NCBI GenBank assembly: GCA_973895155.1
Contig: OZ316895.1
Coordinates: 19,140,022-19,204,021, forward strand
Direction of reading: 5' to 3'
Origin: Marsupella aquatica
Taxonomy: Eukaryota; Plantae; Marchantiophyta
DNA length: 64,000 nt
The notes under the pieces were generated by a model. That model was not told the origin of the DNA and did no database searches. It saw nothing but the letters and a program-made list of their open reading frames with translations. The number at the start of each line of letters is the position of its first letter. The stretch's first letter is position 1. The position numbers were made by a program, and so were the translations under genes. Below are positions 1 to 11,828 of this stretch, one piece after another.

Positions 1-689
1 GAGAAAGGGAAGGGAGAGGGTATAGCCAATGATAATGACACTTGTGTAACACATGGGCATGTTGTCTTACGAGTATGGTTGTACGTGTTGGATAAAATGA
101 CCATTACTCATAGGACAACGTGCAAAACTGCAACATCCAATGAACACACAAGTGTTGACACAAGAGGTGTGTGGTTCACCTCTTTGGAGGTTACGTCCAG
201 TGAAACACACAAGAGAGATTAATTTATCAAACTCTAAATTCATTGGCCATATTGAGTCTCCACAGACTAAGTTCTCTCAATCTCTCAACTGGCTTTGTAA
301 CAATGAACCTAAGTTACACCCACTAACTAAATCCTACTAGTGTAAGTAGTAGTTGCATCTGACCATATCCAAGCACCTGACTATGAGTTGACTAACCGCA
401 GTTACATAGTAAATCTAGACCTAACATTACATGCCTAACAGCAACAACAGTATGGCCGCTATAACAACATGACCGCAACAACATAAAAGATGTCTCAATA
501 ACATGCTTGCCTCACCTGCTTTTCTTTGCCTCAACTCAACACCATGGCCATAATGATCACATGGCCACAACGATCGCATGACCATGATAGCAAAATGGCT
601 ACAACACTCATAACACGCCTTGCAACAATTTTCTAGCCTCACTTGCATCCATTGCCTCTACTCTGCCTTGCCTCAACATCTTTCCTGGC

Positions 690-737
690 AGAACCTCCGC
701 ATCTTGTGTGCATAGAACCTCCGCATCTTATGTGCTA
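690..737. repeat. 24-bp tandem duplication
   Basis: agaacctccgcatctt(g/a)tgtgc occurs twice, 24 bp apart. Confidence 0.85.
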
Positions 738-984
738 TGCACACGCATTAGGCTGGTACTGCATAAATATTAAGAGGTTTTCACATTCGTGCATCCAACT
801 TTTCTATTCGTGCATTATGGTGAATGTACATGATAAATGTTTTGATATGAACTTGATTGCACAATTTCAGCAATCTGAAGACCCTGGATATTCATTTTCT
901 GCTTGTACTAGATCACTTATTCACCATAATATTCGCGCGCAGGGGGGGTGTCTCCAGACTTGGCCTTAGACATGTAGTGAGGTA

Positions 985-1133
985 ACAAAGATGTCACTGC
1001 GAATTCCAAGAATTTAGGAATAGGATAACCAGGCAGATCAGGCTTAGAAACTGAAAATGAGAAAACAAAGATGTCACTAGAATTTAGGAATAGGATAACC
1101 AGGCAGACCAGGCTTAGAAACTGAAAATGAGAG
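985..1133. repeat. ~65-75 bp imperfect tandem duplication downstream of the PPR gene
   Basis: aacaaagatgtcact...gaatttaggaataggataaccaggcaga(t/c)caggcttagaaactgaaaatgaga occurs twice. Confidence 0.85.
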
Positions 1134-1364
1134 CCTGACTCTCTAAACTTCTGCACCAGGCTTGGAAATGTATAGCCAGAAGCATATCAAATGTACTCTT
1201 TGAAACTTCGATTTACCTGGTATCCATCCAACGTAACAAAATTACACTCGTCAAGAATTTTACTTCGAGTACATCTATATCAAAAAATTTGCTTGCGGAC
1301 AGCAAGGTAGGATTGGAAGAATTTACATGAATCCAGCAGGTTTGCTAATTTACAACTTGACCAC

Positions 1365-4085
1365 TTAAGATCGGCTATCTACAGTTGAACCCCATGCCAA
1401 AACCCTGGAGGCAAGCCTGTGCAAAACACACTTGTCCAATGTGGGATCAGTGTCCTTTATCCACTGAATAATATGGTTTGCCTGACTACTTCTACCTGCT
1501 TTGCAATAAGCATCTAAAACACCTTTGTAAGTCAGCTCCTGAGGTTTACAACCATTCTTTTTCATGTATTTCAGAACATTCATGGCTTCTCTATACATAC
1601 CAAGATGACCATAACTACCTACAAAAGTATTGTACGTGAAAATGTTGGGCTTAACCCCAGAGTTCATCATTTCCAAAAATATTCTAGCAGCATCCTCCAT
1701 GCGTCCATGCTTGGCGTAAGCAAGAATTAGAGTGTTGTAAGTGATCACATTTGGCTCCTGCCCTGCCGCCTGCATTTCTCTCAAGACATCCTCGGCTTTC
1801 CTGTACATTCCTTCTCGACCATACATACTTATGACAACATTGTAGGTCACCAAATCTGGAGCAATGCCATTCTGCTGGACTATTTCTAGCAGTTTTAGAG
1901 CACTGTCCATTCGTCCCCTTCTTGAATAAACTGTGATCATAGCATTGAAAGATTTCAAATCCGGCAGGAATCCATCTCTGTACAGCTCCAACCATGCCGT
2001 CTCTGCCTCATCCAGCATGTTGCACTTGCTGTAAACAAGAACAAGAGTCTTCAAGAGCATATTACTAAGATTGCCGAATCGGGGATACAGTTCCTCTATT
2101 CTTTCCTGAAGAAGCTGCAATTTTCCCGCATTTCCATAGGCATGAAGCATGGAAGAATACGAAACTTCATTCAGCTCAATTCCCATTTCCTGCATTTCTC
2201 CAACAAGCTCTTCGACTTCTTCCCATCGGCCTTCTCTAGCAAAAGCTGCTAACAGGGCGTTAAAAGTAGCGATATCTGGCTCACAACCTGCTTTCTGCAT
2301 TCCAGAGTAGATTTCTACAGCGTGATCTGCTGAACCACACCGACCGTAGGCATCAATAAGAATGTTGAATGTGTCCTTCTCTGGCTTGCACCCTGCCTTC
2401 TTCATATTTTTGAACACCATAGCAACCTCTTCATGCATGCCATGCTTCCCATACGCATCTACCATAGTATTCCAAGTAACCACATCTGGAGCACAAGCGC
2501 TGGCACGTAGGTCATCAAAAACCTGCAGCATTTCAGCGTACATCTTCTTCTTTCCGAACATATCTATCAGAGAGTTGAAAGTGAAGAGATTCGGTTTGCA
2601 CCCGCCAGCACACATATGCCTATATGTCTCCATTGCCAAATCGTCTAGTCCAGCTGAGCTATAAGCGAACATAAGACTAGTATAAGTGAACACATCCGGT
2701 TGAAGTCCGTTCCAAGTCATGGATTTCATGAGAGACACAGCCTCGTCATAAAGCCCAGCTTTTCCATACGAAGACAGAAGCTCGTTGTAAGTGACGACAT
2801 TGGGAGGGCAACCGGCCCTTTCCATATCCTGCAAAAGTTCTAACGCTTCTTTATGCCAGCCTGCCTTCCCATATACATCAAGCAGGGCATTGTAAGTAAC
2901 TCTATCAGGTGTGCAACCTGCTGATTTCATATCCTCAAATATGCCCCTCGCTTGCTGGCACAGAGACTCCCTAACACAAGCACTAATCATAGTGTTGTAT
3001 GTATATCTGTCAGGACGAAATCCGTTGGCCATCAATTCATCTAGCAGGCCCTCAATTTTATCCCAAGAGCGCCCTTTCTTTCCACAAATATCGATAACCA
3101 CGTTGTAGGTTACCAAGGTTGGACTACAGCCTTCGTCCTTCATTTTCTCAAACAGCAGAAGGGCCTCGGCAGATTTCCCATTGCGTGCATATGCACTTAT
3201 GAGGGAAGTATAGCAGTATACATTCAAGCGATGGCCCTCGGCCTCCAAGCTCTCGAAGATCTTCACAGCTGTATCAAGTTGCTTTTCGTGGCCCAAAATC
3301 CTCAACATACTAGCTATGGTGGGCTCGTCCAGAATCTCCTTTTCCCACTTCCGCATCCACGTAAACACCTCCAGAGCCTGCTTCCATTGCTTATCTTTCC
3401 CAAAAGTCTTTATCAGGGACAAATAATCATGAACACAAAGCTCTTCGTGAGCAGCATCCAGGAGAGCTCCTAGTGTCTCACCAGTTTTCTGCTGCTTCGC
3501 GGCGTTGTATACTTCTGTCCCAGCTGAAGACAATCCTGTTCGCCACGGATTGCCGTCCACTTCTCGATTTTTTCCTAATCGGCACCGACCTGCTCTTTGC
3601 ATTGACGCTCCGACTGGGTAAGATGTGGCAGCTTTGGTATCCTCCCAAATGCTGCTCGAGCCTCTCCTTCTGGTCTCATCGCAGGAACTAATCCTGGCCC
3701 AGGCCAGCCTTGGATTTTCTTTCTTACCACTGCTCACTTCCTCAGTATTATTAGCCGTGCCTTTCCAGTTGTTGTTGATGTAGTAGTTGCTACTGCTGTT
3801 GCTGCTGCCGCTACTGCTGCTAGCTGCTGAGCAACATGCTTCACTAGCTCGAACATCTTCAGGTCCCCAGCCGTGCTGCAGTTGCTGTTCCAACATCAAC
3901 CTCTTCTTCCTCGCTTCAAGGACAGGCTCCAAAATTGCAGAAAGCCCACCGTTGGAGCCGAAACTCCGCTCCGAAAAGGACACAGAGTTAGGCACAGGAT
4001 GGCGAACATAGTCAGGTCTCGGTGGCAGAGGTGGCGGCGGCGTGAGCACCGGGGCTGCTACTGAGTTGTTAGCCATGGCTTCCAT
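1365..4085 (-). CDS. P-class pentatricopeptide repeat protein, At5g02860/PPR10-like; coding region without introns
   Basis: Many tandem 35-aa PPR motifs (e.g. VYCYTSLISAYARNG, LVTYNVVIDICGKKG, RVTYNALLDVYGKAG) after a low-complexity N-terminus. The ORF track starts at a TTG (4139); the first ATG is at 4085 (MEAMANNS). Confidence 0.93.
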   Translation of the reverse strand: MEAMANNSVAAPVLTPPPPLPPRPDYVRHPVPNSVSFSERSFGSNGGLSAILEPVLEARKKRLMLEQQLQHGWGPEDVRASEACCSAASSSSGSSNSSSNYYINNNWKGTANNTEEVSSGKKENPRLAWARISSCDETRRRGSSSIWEDTKAATSYPVGASMQRAGRCRLGKNREVDGNPWRTGLSSAGTEVYNAAKQQKTGETLGALLDAAHEELCVHDYLSLIKTFGKDKQWKQALEVFTWMRKWEKEILDEPTIASMLRILGHEKQLDTAVKIFESLEAEGHRLNVYCYTSLISAYARNGKSAEALLLFEKMKDEGCSPTLVTYNVVIDICGKKGRSWDKIEGLLDELMANGFRPDRYTYNTMISACVRESLCQQARGIFEDMKSAGCTPDRVTYNALLDVYGKAGWHKEALELLQDMERAGCPPNVVTYNELLSSYGKAGLYDEAVSLMKSMTWNGLQPDVFTYTSLMFAYSSAGLDDLAMETYRHMCAGGCKPNLFTFNSLIDMFGKKKMYAEMLQVFDDLRASACAPDVVTWNTMVDAYGKHGMHEEVAMVFKNMKKAGCKPEKDTFNILIDAYGRCGSADHAVEIYSGMQKAGCEPDIATFNALLAAFAREGRWEEVEELVGEMQEMGIELNEVSYSSMLHAYGNAGKLQLLQERIEELYPRFGNLSNMLLKTLVLVYSKCNMLDEAETAWLELYRDGFLPDLKSFNAMITVYSRRGRMDSALKLLEIVQQNGIAPDLVTYNVVISMYGREGMYRKAEDVLREMQAAGQEPNVITYNTLILAYAKHGRMEDAARIFLEMMNSGVKPNIFTYNTFVGSYGHLGMYREAMNVLKYMKKNGCKPQELTYKGVLDAYCKAGRSSQANHIIQWIKDTDPTLDKCVLHRLASRVLAWGSTVDSRS

Positions 4086-4456
4086 TTCTCTCTGCTTGCT
4101 TTGTGAGTTTGAGTTCACATCAAAACTTCCCCACGACAAAGAATATCACCCAGTAGAGAGCGAGAGAGTTGTTTTGAAGCAAACATTGAGACGGACAATT
4201 GCCTTCAAAGTCCAAAAGGGAATCAATGCAGCCAGGAGGGGACCATAGTATGCTTCGCTTAATCTACAGAAACAATCTCGCTAACCTAATAACTTATTTT
4301 CCAAAAGCCTAGTCGGCTGATGAGATATTACCTATCCTACCTCCACTTCAAGGTAGACAGAAACAGGGAACGCCCTGGATCTGTTGCTATTCTGAATCGC
4401 GTAGTCGCAGAGTTCTTTCGCACGAACCAGAAGTGCACTTCAGTCGATCACTGTGC

Positions 4457-4890
4457 ACCGTTCGAGAGATATTAGTGAAATGAATGAAAGAATGAATGAA
4501 ATTAGAGAGCACCCTTAGCAGGTGAACTCAGATTCCCGAGAAAAGCAGCCGGAGCCAGAATCATTGAAGTCTGGACACCATCATGGACCACTCACTGGTA
4601 GGATCGAACCTGAAACCGTCACACAAACAGAGACGGAGAGAAAGCGCCATCTGAAAGTCAATCATCTAACGACCGTTCGAGATGTATATGTGGAATGAAT
4701 GAAAGAATGAATGAATTTAGAGAGCACCTATAGCGGATGAACTCAGTTTCCCCAGAAAAGCAGCTGGAGCCCAGAATTTTTTAAAGTGTAGACACCATCA
4801 TGGACCACTCACTGGTACGATCGAACATGAAACCGTAACACACGCAGAGACGGAGAGAAAGGTGGCTTTCTGTGAGTCAATCATCTAACG
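4457..4890. repeat. ~215-bp tandem duplication in the putative intron-containing 5' UTR of the PPR gene
   Basis: accgttcgaga...gacaccatcatggaccactcactggta...agtcaatcatctaacg appears at ~4457-4670 and ~4672-4890. Confidence 0.9.
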
Positions 4891-5461
4891 AATTCATTAC
4901 TGACCTAAGAATTCTCAAGCCCTGCTCTCCTCCCAGCGCACTGTCTTCTCAACCCGAAGCAAGATCGGTGGACTGCGGGGGATTGGTTAGCAAAGTCCAG
5001 AATATTCATGAAATTTCTGAGCCTGGAGCTCTATGGAGCTGGGGTTCCCAGGTCCAATCTGAGACGTGAACGAAAATAATAACTATCGGTTCATCAGGTC
5101 CGAACCGAACCTATTGAACCCCTTCTCTGGGCCAAATAGTGAATCTGCGAGAATTGGTAAAGGATGCAATGGTGTCATCATTATAATAGGCTGTCCGATT
5201 TCAAGAGGATTAGCTTGTTCGTGTGAATGCGAGCACCTGACTGGCCATTGAAGTACGGGACCGACCCTGCTCGTGCCTGTGGGCTCCATGTGGACTCTGC
5301 TCGAGCGCATAGTGCGGGTAACCTGCCCCGCCATGTATAGGGTAATGAGGGTTTAGTCAGCCGTTACCAGGGTGTAACTGGCGACCAAGTTCTGACAGAA
5401 GGTTGCCCGGCGGGAGCTGGGAAACCTTCGGGAAGAACCTGGGAGCCCAGGTTACGCCCGG

Positions 5462-5655
5462 TGTAGTCGGGATGGAAAATAAAGGAAGGGAAAAGAAAAC
5501 CTTATTTTGGTTTGGAAGTGTTTGGAGATGATTTGAAATTTGGAAGGACTTTTATTGAGTTAGGGAAAATGTATTGAGACAAAAGAAGAATAAGTGAGAG
5601 CAATTTTTGCTTAGCTTTACAAGATTTCAATTGGATTAATGTGGTTGCAACACGT
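5462..5655 (+). repeat. Remnant of the Gypsy 5' LTR
   Basis: Near-identical to 18404-18596. Confidence 0.88.
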
Positions 5656-5720
5656 AGTTACCGAGGCTACGTGGCGGCCTGTGGCAACCACATTTGGATT
5701 ATAGTTTTATTCATATTGGA

Positions 5721-6890
5721 TTAATGTGGTTGCAACACGTAGTTACCGAGGCTACGTGCTTGCTCTAACTCGTCCTCATCTATGCTCTCAAAGCTATCTA
5801 ATGCGATGATCAAGCTGTCCAGTTGCTTGAGTGCAGCGTCGGTGCCAGAGTACCCAGCAGCTTGGTATACCGAAAACCATTCATTGATTCCAAGGGTGTA
5901 TAATAATAACTGACCTTGCTCTTCATCCAGACCTCGTTGCATCACATAGCGATCATGTGTTTGAATGGCTGTGTGAATTTCTGGTTGCCGAATGGACGCC
6001 AGTGTAACTTGGATGGCCATGTTACATGGTCGAGGCAGGTCATTGTCATATCCAAGCGTTTGAAGTTCCCGTAACCATCCTTTCTGTAAGCAGGCATCCG
6101 TCCAGGTATCTTATTAGTTCCGACATTGATAGTGGTCCACCGAAACCAATCAGTGGAGTGGTAATGGTTAGAGAGAGATAAGTGTATGTCAAAACACCCA
6201 TTCAAGGCCCCAATCAAGGTAGGGCTAATATATGATCCATACGAACCATAGGCTCCACAGTGTAAGGGTAATATTGGGCGATACGCAGACATACACCCTG
6301 ATCATTCAAGGCATTATATTCACATACAGAGTTAAACCTGATCACAAATGCAACTGGAGCGTTGGTTGGTCCAATGATGTCACACATGCTATTTGTCTAC
6401 AGTGTTCATCTGACATGTTCAGTTGCCTACATGACAAAAGTAGAGTCCATTTTTGTTGGTGCAGAATCATTTAACTATTGTTTATTGAGTTGATACGGCA
6501 TGTAAGTAATACTTTACATATCCATGACAAGACAAAGCATTGGGTCCACACATCCTTATTGACTTCTCATTTAAATAGTTTTGTATGTTGTGAGTTCCCT
6601 GAATAGCGGATTGGAGTCCTTATCATACCACAACAGAAGTTTCTGTTAGTCATTAGTACAGTAGCGCTACTTTAATCTATGCTATATTTCTCAGAGCACA
6701 TTTACATGGCTTAGATGTAAAATCAATGCGGTACATCAGCACTGTGATTCAAACAGCATGAAGTAGACCATTATCCAGGGTAAAAGTATGGTTGAAATCG
6801 GGCCATACTACATCCTCAAAGTCGTCATTCAGCCCCCATCCTTGAGGTGAATCATGTGCTTCAACACTGATTCCAGTTACATGTTTCTGC
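5721..6890 (-). pseudogene. Unidentified coding-like fragment inside the Gypsy
   Basis: Protein-like minus-strand stretches (HDSPQGWGLNDDFEDVVWPDFNHTF; ...GINEWFSVYQAAGYSGTDAALKQLDSL) broken by stops and frameshifts. No family recognised. Confidence 0.25.
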
Positions 6891-7533
6891 TGCCATTAGC
6901 CGCGGCGGCAAAGGGGAGACATGCATTTATCCTGGGCTAGCATTGATCCAGACTAAAGCTAAGCATATAATGAGTTGAGAAATGGAATCATTGGTGAAGA
7001 GCACATACCTGTGGAGCCCGTGCCATAGTGCTCTGTTCTGTGACTGTTGGTGTAGTAGAAGGAGCGGTGTCACCCTCTCACTGAGCTTTGTGTGTGTTCT
7101 CTGACTGATTTTGTGCGGTCCCGCCACAGCACTTGACAGAAAGCAGTGTCCCACGAAGTCGAGCAGCATGTGAAGGGGGAATATATTGCCAGACTATGGA
7201 GAGGGTGGTAGCATAATGAGATCAAGAACCAGAGCAGAAGCGGGAGAATAGTGGAGGCAAAAGATCCTCTAGTAGAGACAGAGTGTACAGGTGTGGAGCA
7301 CAGCATATAGGCTGGTACTAGGGAGACTTAAAAAAGCGCTGCTTTTTAGGGTAGCCGTCAGAATGGTGGCTGTTTGTTAGGTTATGTTGTTGTATACAAT
7401 AGCTCATTCAATACAGTATGTGTTGTATATCTGGGGTATTACGTATACCATGTATTATATATATTAAAACACAATATATGAATATCATATTCTTTTCTAA
7501 CATCCTTTCACCTATGTCCGGTCTATACGAGAC

Positions 7534-7536
<3 letters not shown>

Positions 7537-7576
<40 letters not shown>
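7537..7576. repeat. (AG)n microsatellite
   Basis: About 20 perfect AG units. Confidence 0.97.
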
Positions 7577-7577
<1 letters not shown>

Positions 7578-7647
7578 ATTAGCTTGGTGCTCGATAGCCA
7601 TGGATGTTAGAAGGATGCATTGGGCATGAGGATGTAGTGAGTGCAAG

Positions 7648-9837
7648 GTGGAGTTAGATAGAATTAAGAGTCCTGTGAGAGCACTACTAGATTCAGGTTC
7701 CGAGGTGAATATTATTTTGATGCGCATTTATGAGGAGGGACAGTGGGCAGTGGACCGTCATAGTGGATGGGGAGTTAGGTCTGTTAGTGTGGACAAGAAT
7801 AGTTTTTGGGGAGCTTGTCCCGGAGTTAAGCTCCGTATTGGGGACATTGTGGAACCAATGAATGTTTTTGTTCATGAGAGTCTTCCCATACAGATGATTT
7901 TAGGGCAGCCATTTATCACAGAGATGAGGATGGTGACACAGGTTTTAGATGATGGGACGCATGTGGCCTTGATCCGGAGTAGAGACGGGTCTTAAGATGA
8001 TACAGTTTCCTACGGTGCAAGCTGCCCATCCTAGAAATTGTATAGAGTTATGGGAGGGGAAGAAGAATGAAGGGAAATTTGAGGATTTGACTAGGCGCCT
8101 TGGATAGGAAGACGACTGAACAAGGTGCCATGACAGGGATATCGTCCACATCAGGAGAGTTAGAGAAAGTTTTAGTTTCATCTTTTGTTGGATTTGGGTT
8201 TGGGAGAGTTATAGTCCATGTTAAGAGAGAGGAATGTTGTAGAAAGGTTGTGCGTGGGTTATGTAGAGAGGAAGACAAGTTACATAAGGAACTAGGGATA
8301 GAACCAGATGAGTGCTTAGAGGGTTATATAGATGAGTTTGGGATAGGGGAGACAGTTAAGCAAACCTTAGAACTGATAGGAAGAGGAGTGAGTGAGATTG
8401 AAATTGGGAAGGATTTATATGGAGTGATTAGCAATTTTGTGGGAAGTCAAGTAAATGTGGATACAAAGTATAAGACAATCGATAAGAAGGTGAGACCCGC
8501 AGCTGTACCTTTGCCCTTAGATGCTCGAGGGTTGATAGAGAAAGCTAGAGAGGAACCTAGCTTAAGAGACCTAGAAGGGATTGGGCATGTGTTCACTGAG
8601 GAGACTCTTGCTCAAATTAGGATAGGGGATGATGGGTTGCTTTGGGAAGTAGAGAAAGAGAGGTTTAAGGAGATGATTAGTAGACATGGGAAAGCTTTTT
8701 CCTTTAATTTAGATGAGATTGGTTGTGTTAACCCAAAAGAGGTAATCCCGATGATTATCTTTACAGTACCACATATTCCATGGGATTTGAGACCACTTCC
8801 GGTTCCTCGAGCCTTAATGCCAAAACTCATGGAATTACTTAAAGAGAAGTTGAAGGCCAAGATTCTTGAGCGATCTGAAGCCCCATACTCTAATCAATGG
8901 TTTACTGTTAAGAAGAAAAATGGGAAATTGCGTTTCATCCAAGATATGCAACCACCTAATATAGGGTTACAATTAGAAATGTTGGTACTGGGCCGGTTGT
9001 AGATGAGTTTGCAGAAGAATTTGCTGGGAGGGCAATTTATTTGATAGGGGACCTTTACTCAGTTTATGATCAATTCCAGTTGTCTGAGTGTAGTTAAGAC
9101 ATAACAACAATGCGGACACCATTGGGGTTGGTCAAGATGTGTACCTTGCCGCAAGGTGCTACAAACTTGGTAGCACACATGCAAAACGCCATGAATATGA
9201 TTCTGCAACGCTTTATTCCTGACAAGACCTGACCCTTCCTTGTGACATACCTATTAAGGGATGTTTAGAACTAAAGAAAGATGGGATGGTATGAGAGGAT
9301 GGAATAAGGAATTGTGTTTGGGATCATATGCAGGATGTTGAGGCAATTTTGCAGCGCATGATAGAGGCTAGAGTAACGCTCTCAGGAGAGAAATCTGCAT
9401 TTGGGTTAAAAGAGGTAATGGTAGTGGGTCAACATTGTGGGACTTATGGACGAAGTCCTAGTGTAGAGAAAGTTAATGCTATTAGTAAGTTAGGAGATTG
9501 TACCTCATCTACAGAGCTCAGGAGATTTTTAGGAGCTTGTATATTTATTGTATTTGGATTCCTCATTTTGCTCATACCGTTGAGCCTTTGTATGAGTTGT
9601 TGAGGAAAGGGCGCAGGTTTGTCTGGACAGATAGACACACGAAGGCGATGACAAGATTGAAGAATTGAAGGCCTTGTTGAGCCCGCCTGTTCTACGACCG
9701 TTGGACTACACTTGCGGGAGACCAATCATTGTCACAGTAGACTCAAGTCCCACAACTGCTGGATGGGCTGTTGGACAGGATGATGGAGAAGGCCGACGGT
9801 TTGCAACACGTTTTGGGGCAAAGATTTTTACAGAGCG
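7648..9837 (+). pseudogene. Gypsy pol, 5' part (aspartic protease, RT, start of RNase H), disrupted
   Basis: ALLDSGSEVNII protease motif; WFTVKKKNGKLRFIQD and LPQGATN RT motifs; IIVTVDSS RNase H motif; several stops and frameshifts. Confidence 0.9.
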
Positions 9838-10133
9838 TGTTAGGAATTGACTCCAGTTCCCGACATAGTTAGCTTGGTCTTACTAGGGTTAGTTAACCCT
9901 AGATTACATTTGGATAAGATCCGCTTAGTTTAGGCCCACTCATCTTGGCCCCCTTGGGGGGTATAGGCTGGAGGGAGAGCACTCTCTCCCTCATTCTTCA
10001 CATGTACTCTCATTTGCTATGGAGCCTTCAGGAGTTTCTCCACTCGGGGTGTCTTGTCGGTGTAGCGTCTGATTGAGTGAGTCTCTCTCATGTTTCCGCA
10101 TTGCTGTCTAGTCCGGAGCTGACGGTTCTTACA
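9838..10133 (+). repeat. Copia 5' LTR (296 bp)
   Basis: tgttaggaattg...ttcttaca; direct repeat of 15902-16195. Confidence 0.97.
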
Positions 10134-11828
10134 AGTGGTATCAGAGCCTCGTGTTTGTGGTTCGGTGGCCTGGGCATTGGTGAGAGCGTTTATTGTGTTG
10201 GATTGTGGTGGAAGATTGAATCGTCATCGACGGTTGCGTGATCATTTCACTAGTCGTTTCGCGTTGAAGGTTTCGTGCTTGAATATGGTGACGGTTTCCC
10301 GATTGGAACTTCAGCTTGGAGTGTCGGATGTGTCTCTATTCTTTGAAGTACTGTCAAGAGGACACTCTAGCGATCTCTTATGCGCGTCGGCGGGCACTAC
10401 GTTTTGGTGAAGGTGTCACTGCTTTTCATCATTGGTGTCCCGAGTAATCTTGTAGATTGAGGTTTCTATTTAGAGCTTGATGCTCTAGGTTATGGCTTGT
10501 ATATGTTTCGACTTAATCTTGTGTGGGGCCGAAAAGTCTTGTTTTCTTTGTAAAAAGGTCGTGCATTGAGGGACCGGTGTTGCAATTTTTTTTCTTTTCG
10601 TATATTTTTTGTTTGTGCCGCATCGCAACAGAATACGGTGGTGCGGACGGGTTTCTTTGCGTATGTGCGGAGAGAGGGGCGAAAGGGAGATTTTATTGCC
10701 CGGGCATGTTGCCCTATGCGCGCGAGTGAGCCAGTAGGGCTCGGAATACAAAGGACTGAAGGAGGAGTGGAGGAGAAAGTCGAGCCCCTGGCCCGAGGCC
10801 CTATGAGGTACTAGAGCAGGGCCTTACGTCTGTGCAAGTACAGTCGTACCTGTAAGTACAGTTTTAAAGTGAGGGGAGGGGGAGTTCAAAGCTCCCTTCT
10901 CTTGGGAGCTTTAAGGGGGCCATTGCCCTATGCAGAAGCAATAGGAGGGGAAAGGGGAAGCGAGCATACTCCTTTCCTTAGGAGCACTTATTAACATGGG
11001 CACGAGGCCCTATGCTTGTACTTTAAGTGAGGAGGGGGAGCATACGAGGCTCCTTTCACTTTGGAGCCTTTAATTAAGGCTTGCGTCAGGTGGGTGGCCA
11101 AGGACACAAAAGGTACTACTGTACCTACACAGTATAGATTTGGGAGGGGGTACGAGGGGTTATTATATATCCCTATACTCTGCCAGGTACAGCGTACACA
11201 AATAGGTGAACAAGGAGATGGGACCCTATGTGCGAGAGGATTTTTTTTGAAAAGAAATTGAAGGCCGGGAGGACGATTGTAATCTTTTCGTTCTTAATTT
11301 TTTTTGTAAAAGCCAAAGGGTTTTTACTTCTTTTCTTTTCTTTTCCTTCCGTGTTTGGATCTTTTCTTTTCCAATCGGACAGGTGTCGGCTCCACGTTCT
11401 TTCTGCTGTACATTTTGACTGTACTTTGATTCCCTGGAAAAGATACCAGAGAGCTGATTTTTGACTGAAATTTTCAATTTCGGCGGTCGTCGAGGCAGAA
11501 TCTTTTCGCGACACTTTGCAAGGGGATACTCAAGGGAGTTGAGCACGGGCTAGTGAAATTGATTCGTGCGTTGCTGTTGCAAAAAAATTTCGGGACCTAA
11601 GATACCTGACGGGGGTCAAAACAACCATTTTGACCCCCCTCTGGTCCGGGTTGAATAAGTTTTTGCTGAAGAAGTTTTTCGCCGAATTATTTTCAGATCT
11701 TGGCAGTGTACCTTGCAGGCTACGCGGCGGTGCATTCCATTTCCACTTTCGCCAACTTTCAATTTTTGGTGAATTTTTGGGTGGAGGTATTTCGGTTGTG
11801 TATTTCCTGTGTGTTTGTGGCAGCATCA

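Noticed and set aside
4525-4590. C/D-box snoRNA pair in the 215-bp duplication (ATGATG...CTGA on the minus strand)
   Set aside because: Imperfect C box, no terminal stem, the putative guide differs between copies, and no rRNA complement recognised.
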